Positions 55,202 through 63,437 of a stretch of DNA of 64,000 nucleotides are shown one piece after another. Every line of letters begins with the position of its first letter. Position 1 is the first letter of the stretch. A program made the translations under genes and the position numbers. The notes beneath the pieces are model-generated. The model saw only the letters and a program-made list of their open reading frames with translations, was not told the origin of the DNA and searched no databases. Source of the DNA: an uncultured Chloroflexia bacterium. GTDB lineage: Bacteria; Chloroflexota; Limnocylindria; QHBO01. Location of the stretch: NCBI GenBank assembly GCA_963799675.1, contig CAWCXQ010000003.1:12162-76161 (forward strand), written 5' to 3'.

Positions 55202-55648
55202 ATGAGCCTCCAGCTCCGCATCGAGAATGCGATGCGCGACGCGATGCGCGCCCGTGACGCTCGACGCACCCAGACGCTCCGCATGGCCATGGCAGCCGCG
55301 CAGAACAAGCGGATCGAGCTTCGCCGCGACCTGACCGATGCCGACATGCTCGACGTGCTGGGTCGCCAGATCAAGCAGCGCCGCGAGAGCATCGAGATGT
55401 TCCGAACCGGCGGCCGCGAGGAGAAGGCTGCCGACGAGGAGGCCGAGGCGGCGATCCTCGCGGAGTTCATGCCCGAGCAGCTCTCCGAGGACGAGGTCGA
55501 GACGCTGGTGCGCCGCGCCATCGCCGACTCCGGCGCGAGCAGCCCGGCGGAGATGGGCAAGGTGATGAGCCGCCTCGTTCCCGACACCAAGGGTCGCGTC
55601 GACGGCCGCCTCCTGAGCGAGACGGTGCGCCGTCTCCTGGCGAGCTAG
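55202..55648 (+). CDS. GatB/YqeY domain protein
   Basis: Intact: MSLQLRIENAMRDAMRARDARRTQTLRMAMAAAQNKRIE...GKVMSRLVPDTKGRVDGRLLSETVRRLL. It sits directly after rpsU, as in Bacillus-type gene order. Confidence 0.85.
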   Translation: MSLQLRIENAMRDAMRARDARRTQTLRMAMAAAQNKRIELRRDLTDADMLDVLGRQIKQRRESIEMFRTGGREEKAADEEAEAAILAEFMPEQLSEDEVETLVRRAIADSGASSPAEMGKVMSRLVPDTKGRVDGRLLSETVRRLLAS

Positions 55649-55658
55649 GCGACCGGCA

Positions 55659-57779
55659 ATGTTCATCCCACGCACCCTGGCAGAGACGAGCGCCGGCCCC
55701 GGCCGTGCCGCGCTGGCTCGCGCCGCCCTCGTCGCGCTCCTCCTTGCCGGGGCGCTGTTCGGCATCCTCTCCTTCAGCTTCACCCCCGGCCAGATCAGCC
55801 TCGAGGTCAATGACGTCGCCCGGCAGGAGATCCGCGCCCCCAGCACGGTGACCTTCACCAGCCAGAGCCAGACGGAAGCGGCCCGGAAAGCTGCGGCCGC
55901 CGCCGTCGAGCGGGTCTACCAGCCGATCGGCGATCCGGCCGCCATCCGCATGGAGCAGCTCCGCGCGTTCGATACCGGGGTCGACGAGGTGAGCCGTCTC
56001 CTCGCCAGCCGCGACGCGGGACGTCTCACCCCGGAGAAGCTGACCAGCGATCTCAACGCCGCCCTCCCGGATCGCAGCGACGCGCAGATCACCCTCATTG
56101 CGGCGTTGCCCGCGGCGACGTGGAAGGCACTCACCGCGGAGGCTCGGCGAGTACTCGACTCCGTGCTCGTGGGTGAGATCCGCGAGGAGGAGCGCTCCGA
56201 CGTCCGCGAGCGCGTACGGCAGCTGATCACGACCGATCTTCCGGCCAACCAGCGCGAGCTCGCGGGCGACCTTGCGGCCGCGGGCGTTCGCGAGAACAGC
56301 CAATACAGCCAGACCGCGACCGAGGCCGCCCAGCAGCAGGCGCGCAACGGCGTTGCGCCGGTGGAGGTCACGGTGCTCGAGGGGACCGCCGTCGTGCGGG
56401 AGGGGGATCCGATCACGGTCCAGACCCTGGAGGAGCTCGAGGCCCTCGGCCTGACGCGGCCGCGCGCCAGCTTCGCGCGCACGGCGGGCCTCGCCGTCAT
56501 CTCGGTCATCGCCTCGATCCTGCTGGTCGGCTTCCTGTGGCGCTTCCAGCCCGCGATCTGGTACCGCAACCGGTCGCTGCTCCTGTTCGTCCTCGCCCTG
56601 CTGGTCGGCGCCATCGCCATGCGCGTCGCCGCCGACCGAACGCTGTGGACGTTCGTGGTGCCCACCTCGGCGGCGGTCCTCCTGATCGGCATCCTGCTCG
56701 AGGCGCCGGCGGGAGCTGCCCTGGCGGTCATGCTCGCGATCCTGGCCGGCGTGATGAATGCGGACGGGCTCGAGCCTGCCGTCTTCGTGCTGGCAGGCGG
56801 GGTCGCCTCGCTGCTTGCCGTCGTCCGGGCAGAGCGGCTCAATGCATTCGTGCGGGCGGGAGCACTGCTGGCGCTCACGAACATTGCCGTGGCGGTCGCC
56901 TTCTCGTTGCTTGCCCAGCGCGATGCGGCAGCCATCGCGCAGCTCGCCGGCGCAGCGGTCGTCAATGCCGGACTGGCCGTCTTCCTGGCGGTTGGCTCCT
57001 TCGCCATGCTCGGCCACCTGTTCGGGATCATGACCGTCTTCCAGCTCCTCGAGCTTGCGAACCCGTCGAACCGGCTTCTGCGCCGCCTCCTGCTCGAGAC
57101 GCCGGGGACCTATCACCACAGCGTCATGGTCGGCAATCTCGCCGAGCGCGCGGCCGAGACGATCGGGGCCGATCCGCTCCTGGCACGAGTGGCCGCCTAC
57201 TACCACGACGTCGGCAAGATGAAGAACCCGCTCGCCTTCATCGAGAACCAGGCGGGCAGCCACAACGTCCACGACGACCTCGCCGCCGACACGAGCGCCC
57301 GGATCATCGCGGGCCACATCCGGGACGGGATCGACCTCGCCTACGAGCACGCGCTGCCCGTCCAGATCACCGGCTTCATCCCGCAGCATCACGGCACGAG
57401 CCTGATGAGCTACTTCCACGCCAAGGCGCTGGGCGAGGTGGCCGGCAACCGCGAGCTGATCGATGAGGCCACGTTCCGCTATCCCGGGCCGAAGCCGCAG
57501 AGTCGAGAGGCGGCGATCCTGATGCTCGCCGATGGCGTGGAGGCATCGGTCCGGTCGCTCGACGAGAAGGACGAGCCCTCGATTCGCGAGATGGTCGACC
57601 GCATCGTCGAGGCACGGCTCGAGGACGGCCAGCTCGATGATGCCGAGCTGACGCTGAAGAACATCGCCCAGATCAAGGAAGCGTTCGTCCAGCAGCTGCT
57701 GGGCATGTACCACCAGCGGATCAAGTATCCCGACAACGTGGTGCCGCTCGGAGCGACGCGAACAGGCCTGACGTATTGA
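55659..57779 (+). CDS. pgpH: 7TM-HD (HDIG) membrane phosphohydrolase, PgpH/YqfF family
   Basis: Intact 706-aa ORF with an extracellular N-domain and seven hydrophobic helices (~56470-57050). The HD domain reads HHSVMVGNLAERAAE...AAYYHDVGK...IIAGHIRDG. Confidence 0.85.
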   Translation: MFIPRTLAETSAGPGRAALARAALVALLLAGALFGILSFSFTPGQISLEVNDVARQEIRAPSTVTFTSQSQTEAARKAAAAAVERVYQPIGDPAAIRMEQLRAFDTGVDEVSRLLASRDAGRLTPEKLTSDLNAALPDRSDAQITLIAALPAATWKALTAEARRVLDSVLVGEIREEERSDVRERVRQLITTDLPANQRELAGDLAAAGVRENSQYSQTATEAAQQQARNGVAPVEVTVLEGTAVVREGDPITVQTLEELEALGLTRPRASFARTAGLAVISVIASILLVGFLWRFQPAIWYRNRSLLLFVLALLVGAIAMRVAADRTLWTFVVPTSAAVLLIGILLEAPAGAALAVMLAILAGVMNADGLEPAVFVLAGGVASLLAVVRAERLNAFVRAGALLALTNIAVAVAFSLLAQRDAAAIAQLAGAAVVNAGLAVFLAVGSFAMLGHLFGIMTVFQLLELANPSNRLLRRLLLETPGTYHHSVMVGNLAERAAETIGADPLLARVAAYYHDVGKMKNPLAFIENQAGSHNVHDDLAADTSARIIAGHIRDGIDLAYEHALPVQITGFIPQHHGTSLMSYFHAKALGEVAGNRELIDEATFRYPGPKPQSREAAILMLADGVEASVRSLDEKDEPSIREMVDRIVEARLEDGQLDDAELTLKNIAQIKEAFVQQLLGMYHQRIKYPDNVVPLGATRTGLTY

Positions 57780-57812
57780 GTCGCGCCGCCGGGTCGCCTA
57801 CGATGGCCGGGC

Positions 57813-58397
57813 ATGGGCTGCACGGTCACGATCCACGACCGGCTGGGACACGAGCGGCTTGAGCCGGCGCTCGAGCCACTCTCCATCGGAGACGCCTTCG
57901 AACTGCTCGAATCAGCGGTCGGCGAGACGGCTCGGGTGGTCGGCCTCTCCGGATGCGAGGTCGAGCTGACCCTCTGCGGCGACGCGGAGATGGAGCGCCT
58001 GAACTTCGACCACATGGGCGAGCGCGGCCCGACCGACGTGCTCTCGTTCCCGCTTCACGAATGGTCGGTCGACGGCCTGCACTCCCACCTGTCCGACGAC
58101 GACGGCGTCTCCCCACCGGGACCGATGATGCTCGGTGACCTCGTGATCGATGTCGACCAGGCCGTGCGGCAGGCCGCCGAAGGGGCGCTGAGCCCGCTCG
58201 AGGAGCTGGTCCTGCTCGCGATTCACGGCACGCTGCACCTGCTCGGCCACGACCACGCGGAGCTGGAGGAAGAGGCGGCCATGCGGCACGCGGAGCATTC
58301 GGTGCTCAGCACGCTGCACCGCAAGCACCACGAGATCGACTGGCAGCCCGGCTCTCTCTTCGATCGGGCCGGCCACGCGGTGATGACCGGCAGCTAG
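57813..58397 (+). CDS. ybeY: rRNA maturation RNase YbeY
   Basis: Intact 194-aa ORF with the zinc motif HGTLHLLGHDH and an unusually long C-terminal tail. Confidence 0.85.
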   Translation: MGCTVTIHDRLGHERLEPALEPLSIGDAFELLESAVGETARVVGLSGCEVELTLCGDAEMERLNFDHMGERGPTDVLSFPLHEWSVDGLHSHLSDDDGVSPPGPMMLGDLVIDVDQAVRQAAEGALSPLEELVLLAIHGTLHLLGHDHAELEEEAAMRHAEHSVLSTLHRKHHEIDWQPGSLFDRAGHAVMTGS

Positions 58398-58886
58398 GCA
58401 GCCGCTCCCAGCAGCCGCTCGACGATCACCACGTCCCGCCACTCGCCGTCGAGTCGGGCGTGGCGCCGGTAGACGCCCACCTCGCGGAAGCCGAGGCCGC
58501 GCAGCAGCTCGCGGCTTGCGCGGTTCTCGACGAAGACACGCGAGAGCAGCTTCCAGAGGCCCGCTTCCTCGGCGGACGCCAGCAGCGACCGCATCGCCAG
58601 GCGGCCGGCCCCCCGGCGACGCGCTGCGGGATCGACGTAGACCGCGAACTCGGCAACGCCCGCGTAGCACTCGCGGCCGGGTCGATAGGGGAAGGTGGCG
58701 GCGAAGGCAATGACCCGTTCGCCATCCTCCACGACGATCACCGGATGGCGCTGCGCGCAGCCAGGCGAGGATCTCGTGGTCGGCGCGGGGCCGGGTCTCG
58801 AACGTCGCGCTTCGCTCGCTGATCCCCTGGTTGTAGATCTCGGCGATGGCCGCGGCATCGTCCCGACCGGCCGGGCGCGGCGTCAC
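58394..58886 (-). pseudogene. GNAT-family N-acetyltransferase (phosphinothricin-acetyltransferase-like), one frameshift
   Basis: The GTG start overlaps the DinB stop (GTGA). The sequence VTPRPAGRDDAAAIAEIYNQGISERSATFETRPR..ILAWL is followed after a shift near 58760 by ..HPVIVVEDGERVIAFAATFPYRPGRECYAGVAEFAVYVDPAARRRGAGRLAM.. Confidence 0.75.
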
Positions 58887-59347
58887 TCGGGGATGAGGTG
58901 GGCGATCTGCGCCAGGTGGTTGCCGTCCTCCCCGGCGATGTGCGCAGCCTGCTGCTGCACGGTCATCTGCCCGTCCTCCTCGTGGCGACCGGTGCGCCGC
59001 CATCCGCTGTCATCAAGCGTCTCGAGCGCCGCGAGATGGTCTCCTCGCAGGCGCTCGAATCGGTCGAGCGAGGGTCCCAGCTCGAGCTCGAGATAGCGAT
59101 GCTCCTCGGCCAGCCGGTTCGGATCGTAAGCCGGAAGAAAGGGCTCCTCCTCGGCGAGCATGCGCTGCAGCCTTCCCACGGCGCGCTCCTCGGTGTCGCC
59201 GAGATGGCCAACGACCTCGATGATCGCCCACTCGCCAGCTGCCGGACGGTGGCGAAGGGCTGTCTCGTCGAGGCCGCGGATCAGCTTGCGGAGGATGACC
59301 GGGCCGGCGCGCAGGGTCTTCAGGAGCTCCTGTCGTTCACTCAGCAT
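58883..59347 (-). CDS. DinB/YfiT-like metal-dependent hydrolase superfamily protein
   Basis: Intact 154-aa ORF: ..GEWAIIEVVGHLGDTE...AAHIAGEDGNHLAQIAHL. Confidence 0.7.
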   Translation of the reverse strand: MLSERQELLKTLRAGPVILRKLIRGLDETALRHRPAAGEWAIIEVVGHLGDTEERAVGRLQRMLAEEEPFLPAYDPNRLAEEHRYLELELGPSLDRFERLRGDHLAALETLDDSGWRRTGRHEEDGQMTVQQQAAHIAGEDGNHLAQIAHLIPE

Positions 59348-59423
59348 GCGGTAGCGAGTCGCTGGGTGCCGCGATCCAGGCGACCAGGAGCGCGGCGAAG
59401 ATCAGCATGGCGGCGATGACCAT
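59337..59423 (-). CDS. possible 28-aa hydrophobic peptide between amt and the DinB gene
   Basis: Own translation: MVIAAMLIFAALLVAWIAAPSDSLPHAE-stop. AAGGAGG lies 12 nt upstream, and the ORF overlaps the DinB start by 11 nt. It is too short to assess. Confidence 0.25.
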   Translation of the reverse strand: MVIAAMLIFAALLVAWIAAPSDSLPHAE

Positions 59424-59444
59424 CGGACTGACGAACCTCCTTGG

Positions 59445-60681
59445 CTAGAGCTGGTAGGCAATTTCGCCGTGCTGGGCCATGTCGAGCCCGGCCTCCTCGG
59501 CCGCGCTCGGGACCCGGATCCGCACTGCGGCGTTGACGACGAGCAGGATCAGCGCGGTCGCCCCGGCCGAGTAGACCGCGACGGCAACCACCGCCAGCGC
59601 CTGGACGGCGAGCTGCCCGAGATTCCCGGCGAGCGCTCCATCGTGGCCCGCCGCGTTGACGGCGACCGTGGCGAAGACGCCCGTCGCCAACGCGCCCAAC
59701 GCGCCACCCACGCCGTGGACGGCGAAGACGTCGAGCGCGTCGTCGACGCGGGACCTGATGCGCAGCTGCGCGGCGCCATAGCAGACCACCGCCACGCCGC
59801 CACCGATCAGGATCGCCCGACAGGCGTGACAAAGCCGGCTGCCGGGGTGATCGCCACCAGGCCGGCGACTGCTCCGGCCGCCGCGCCGAGCACGCTCGGC
59901 GGGCCCTTGTGCAGCCAGCGTGACCGTCATCCAGGTGAGCGCGGCCATCGCGGCGGCGGTGTTCGTGGTCACGAAGGCGATGGCCGCAAGCCCGTTCGCG
60001 GCCAGCGCGCTAGCCGGCGTTGAAGCCGAACCAGCCGAACCAGAGCAGCGCCGGCGCCCAGCACGGTCATGGTGGCGTCGTGCGGCTCCATCGGCTCTCG
60101 CCGAAGGCCGATGCGGCGGCCGAGCATGAGCGCGGCGACCAGCGCCGAGATGCCGACTTGATAGTGGACCACCGTGCCGCCGGCGAAGTCGAGCGCGCCG
60201 AGCCCGTAGCAGCCAGCCGTCCGGCGCCCCAGACCCAGTGCGCGATCGGGTCGTAGACCAGCGTCGCCCAGAGCAGGCTGAAGAGCACGAACGCCTTGAA
60301 GCGCTTGCGCTCGGCGAAGGCGCCGGTGATGAGCGCCGGCGTGATGATGGCGAACATCATCTGGAAGGCCATGAACGCGTAGTGCGGGATCGTCGGCGCG
60401 TAGATCGGGCTCGGTGCAGCGGCCGACCCCTTCAGGCCGATCCAGTCGAGGCCGCCGATGATCCCCAGCCCTGTATCAGGGCCGAAGGCCAGGATATAGC
60501 CCCACAGCACCCACTGACGCTGATCAGCGCCAGGATGAAGAAGCTGTGCATGATCGTCGAGAGAACGTTCTTGCGGCGAACCAGGCCGCCGTAGAAGAAG
60601 GCCGAGCCCCGGCGTCATCAGCATCACGAGCGCGGTCGAGACGAGCATCCAGGCGGTATCGCCGGCGTTGATCTCGGGCAT
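59445..60681 (-). pseudogene. amt: ammonium transporter, several frameshifts
   Basis: The pieces read MPEINAGDTAWMLVSTALVMLMTPGL.., ..[53 protein letters not shown].. (ORF 60067..60681), and ..DDALDVFAVHGVGGALGALATGVFA...AEEAGLDMAQHGEIAYQL-stop (ORF 59445..59972). Confidence 0.85.
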
Positions 60682-60773
60682 CGAGTCCCCTCAGCGGCTG
60701 TGTTGTGCGATCAGCCTATGAACCGATACGTCTCGAGTGCGAGGGGGTCGGGTCGTCTGATGCACGCGACTGT

Positions 60774-60790
60774 TTGTGCAGAGTGCACAA
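60774..60790. promoter_or_regulatory. perfect palindrome TTGTGCA-GAG-TGCACAA upstream of amt (candidate operator)
   Basis: Two 7-bp inverted arms with a 3-nt spacer, centred ~100 nt upstream of the amt ATG in a 136-bp intergenic region. Confidence 0.3.
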
Positions 60791-60816
60791 TCGCGCCAGG
60801 TCGGCAACGAAGCCGA

Positions 60817-61506
60817 TCAGTTGTCGGGACCGGGAATCCAGACGACGTAGGTCAGCTCGTGGCCACGGTAGCTTCCGGTGAGCTCCCAGCAGCCGGAGGT
60901 CGGGACCGTCAGTCCGGTCAGCATCGCGGAGCCAATGTCGGAGGCAGCCGCGTTCGTTGCCTCACCGCTCTGGGCTGTTTCGGGCCCATCGAGCCTGCGG
61001 GCACGCACCTGCAGCGCGGGCTGAGGCTCCTCATCGACCTTGTAGGCCGCGCTCCACCAGAAGGACTTGTTCCCGTATCCGCCGCTGGCATCCTGGAGGC
61101 CGCCCCACAGGCCGTTCTCGTGGACCATCGTCCACAGGTCGTCGCTGCCGAACCAGAAGGACCCGGGGCTGCCAGGCGCCGTGGCCGGGAAGCGCGCAGG
61201 AGGGACAAACGCTCGGACCGGGCGCTCGGTGATCGGACAGCTCGCGGGAGGTGTGGCGCCGCCGGATGTAGCGGGAGGTGTCGGGATCGAGACGGCCAAA
61301 GGGGCATGCCTCGGTGTCGCGAGCAGGATGGCCACGACGAGCGCCGTTCCGAGTGGCACCGCGGCGAAGGCCAGCCAGCTCGGGAAGCGTCGCGAAGGCT
61401 CAACGAGGCGGTGCTCGACGTCAGCCGAGGTGAGGACGAACGGCAGCCGCGTCGACTCGCCGCGCATGGCTGCGCTCAGCCGCTCCTCGAAGTCGTCGGG
61501 CATCAT
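60817..61506 (-). CDS. single-TM anti-sigma-like protein with uncharacterised extracytoplasmic domain
   Basis: Intact 229-aa ORF. Its start overlaps the stop of the upstream ECF sigma gene (ATGA). The TM is SWLAFAAVPLGTALVVAILLA. The C-terminal domain matches no motif I recognise. Confidence 0.55.
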   Translation of the reverse strand: MMPDDFEERLSAAMRGESTRLPFVLTSADVEHRLVEPSRRFPSWLAFAAVPLGTALVVAILLATPRHAPLAVSIPTPPATSGGATPPASCPITERPVRAFVPPARFPATAPGSPGSFWFGSDDLWTMVHENGLWGGLQDASGGYGNKSFWWSAAYKVDEEPQPALQVRARRLDGPETAQSGEATNAAASDIGSAMLTGLTVPTSGCWELTGSYRGHELTYVVWIPGPDN

Positions 61507-62045
61507 CGGCCTCCGTCAGCCAGCAGCAGCCGAAGCCGTTCGAGGCCGATGCGGAGCTGCGACTTCACCGTGTTGCGGCTGCGGCCGAGGGCGAGCGCCA
61601 CGTCGTCGACGGTGAGATCGGACATGTAGTGCAGCGCCATCGCCGCGCGCATCTGGGGCGGGAGCTCGGCGAGTGCCTGGAGCAGCGCGACGCGCTCGAT
61701 GGAAGGTGCGGTGTCCCCGACAATGCGGTCGTCGTCCGGAAGCAGCGGGGTTGAGGGAGTGGCTGCTCGCCGGCGCGAGAGGGCGCGTCGAGTGGCGATC
61801 CGCAAGAGCCACGTCCGCAAGGCCGCCGGCTCGCGCAGCGAGTCGGCGCGCCTCCATGCTGTGACCATCGTGTCGACCACCACCTCTTCCGCGTCAGGCT
61901 GGCTGTGCAAGATCAGGTAAGCCACTGCCTGGATCTCTCGACCGAAGGTGGCCAGCAGCTCTTCGAGCGCCCCTGGGCGTCGGGCGCGAAGGTCGGCAGC
62001 GAGCCGATCGTTCAGCCGGTCACCTCGTGGCTTTCCGTCGCTCAT
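61503..62045 (-). CDS. ECF RNA polymerase sigma factor
   Basis: Intact, 180 aa from MSDGKPRGDRLN inside ORF 61503..62240. Region 2 reads ..DAEEVVVDTMVTAWRRADSLREPAALRTWLLRIATRRAL.. Region 4 reads ..MRAAMALHYMSDLTVDDVALALGRSRNTVKSQLRIGLERLR.. Confidence 0.85.
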   Translation of the reverse strand: MSDGKPRGDRLNDRLAADLRARRPGALEELLATFGREIQAVAYLILHSQPDAEEVVVDTMVTAWRRADSLREPAALRTWLLRIATRRALSRRRAATPSTPLLPDDDRIVGDTAPSIERVALLQALAELPPQMRAAMALHYMSDLTVDDVALALGRSRNTVKSQLRIGLERLRLLLADGGR

Positions 62046-62402
62046 ACAAGAGACGCTCAGGAAGGGCGAAAGCGGGTGAGTCGCGTTTGTAGTGGCGAAG
62101 ACGAAGTTGGCAGATTTCACCACCACGAGAGTTACGCGAAGGTCAAGCCTCTGCGCTCGGCGTGCGGCCGGCAGGCCGAGCGTGGGTAACGAGAGAACCT
62201 GCCGATTCGACGCCGCGGAATGGTCTACGTTAGCTACCACTGAAATTTGGCGACGAACGGGCTAAAGACCGCGGATAACGGCGCAGCGCGCTGAAGTCTG
62301 ACGAGACACGCTCCTGCCACGCAGGCGCGAAGGAGCCCCAGACGTCGGCCACCTTTCGGCAGCCGGCGCCCAGGGCGCCGAGTCGATCGAGCGGCGGTCT
62401 GG

Positions 62403-63312
62403 CTAGCGGTTCTCGGGACGATCGAGGAGCTTGAACGTCCCGGCCAGCGACAGGGCGAGGATGATCAGCAGAGCGCCGACGAGGAGCGGAGTCGAGCCGA
62501 ATGGCTCGGCCACCAGCAGGTTCGACATGCTCGTGTCGGGGATCCCCGGGACGCCGGGGCCGCTTGGCGTCGTCGGCGTCGAGCCGGTCGGCGTCACGCT
62601 GACCGGTCCGAGGGGGGTCGCAGTCGTCGTACCGGGAGTGGTACCGGGAACGATCGCGTTGTTGGTCATGCTGGCCGAGCAGATCACCAGGGCTCCGCCA
62701 CCGTTGGCCGAGCCGTTGCACTGGTTGATCCTCACCGCGAGGCCAGACGTCTTCGTGCCGCTGGCGGTGCAGGTCAGCCCAACCAGGGTTCCACCGTTCG
62801 CGGACCCATTGCACTGGGTGATGCTCGCGCCAGTCGTGGTCGCTGGAAAGGGGTCGCAGCCGGTCGTGATCCCGCCGCCCGAGCCGACGCACTGGTTCGT
62901 GGTCGCCGCGGTCGCGGCCGGCCCGGAGCCGACGAAGTTGTTCGTGACGCGGACGCTGCATCGGAGCGTGCCGCCCCCGCCGTTGATCGCGCTGTTGCAT
63001 TGGGTGACCGCGGTGACCGGCGCGGTCAGGATCGAGGTCTTCACCGAGCAGGAGGCCTCGGGATCGCCCGCCGCGCCATGGCACTCGCGGACGGTGACCG
63101 TGGCGGTGCCGCCGACGGCGTTGATGGTGTTGACGACGGTGACCTCGCAGATCAGGCCAAGGCCGCCGGTGTTATCGACGCCGTTGCTGCACGTGGTGGT
63201 CGGCGCAATCACCGTCGCCGCGGACGCCGGCGCGGCAGTGATCAGCGACGCGCGACACGATCAGCGCGAAGGCAAACAGGCCGGAAAGGAGCAGGGTAAA
63301 CGGGCGACGCAT
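62403..63312 (-). pseudogene. secreted Cys-rich repeat protein with Thr/Pro linker and C-terminal membrane anchor, one frameshift in the signal-peptide region
   Basis: ORF 62403..63212, plus own translation upstream giving MRRPFTLLLSGLFAFALIV.. from the ATG at 63312 (shift near 63245). It has six disulfide-loop-like modules with 12 Cys, for example TQCNGSANGGTLVGLTCTAS and NQCNGSANGGGALVICSASMTNN. A TP-rich linker follows, then ..AEPFGSTPLLVGALLIILALSLAGTFKLLDRPENR. Confidence 0.6.
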
Positions 63313-63437
63313 TGCGACACCTGTAAGGGTCGAGCGTCGTTGCCAATGGATTCAGCGGCGGAGCCCGTGCTGGCACTATGCGAGCGCATGCGTCCGAAAA
63401 CAACCCGGACCATCAGCTCGCTCGCTTCGCGTCGGCG

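Noticed and set aside
62046-62402. A 360-bp lower-GC spacer between the Cys-rich protein gene and the ECF sigma gene, as a possible ncRNA or ECF promoter region.
   Set aside because: I could not identify a convincing -35/-10 pair (neither AAC..CGT nor TTGACA..TATAAT spacing) or a stable conserved-looking structure. The only candidate was one short GGCGCC hairpin near 62364-62380. I leave the spacer unexplained rather than call it.
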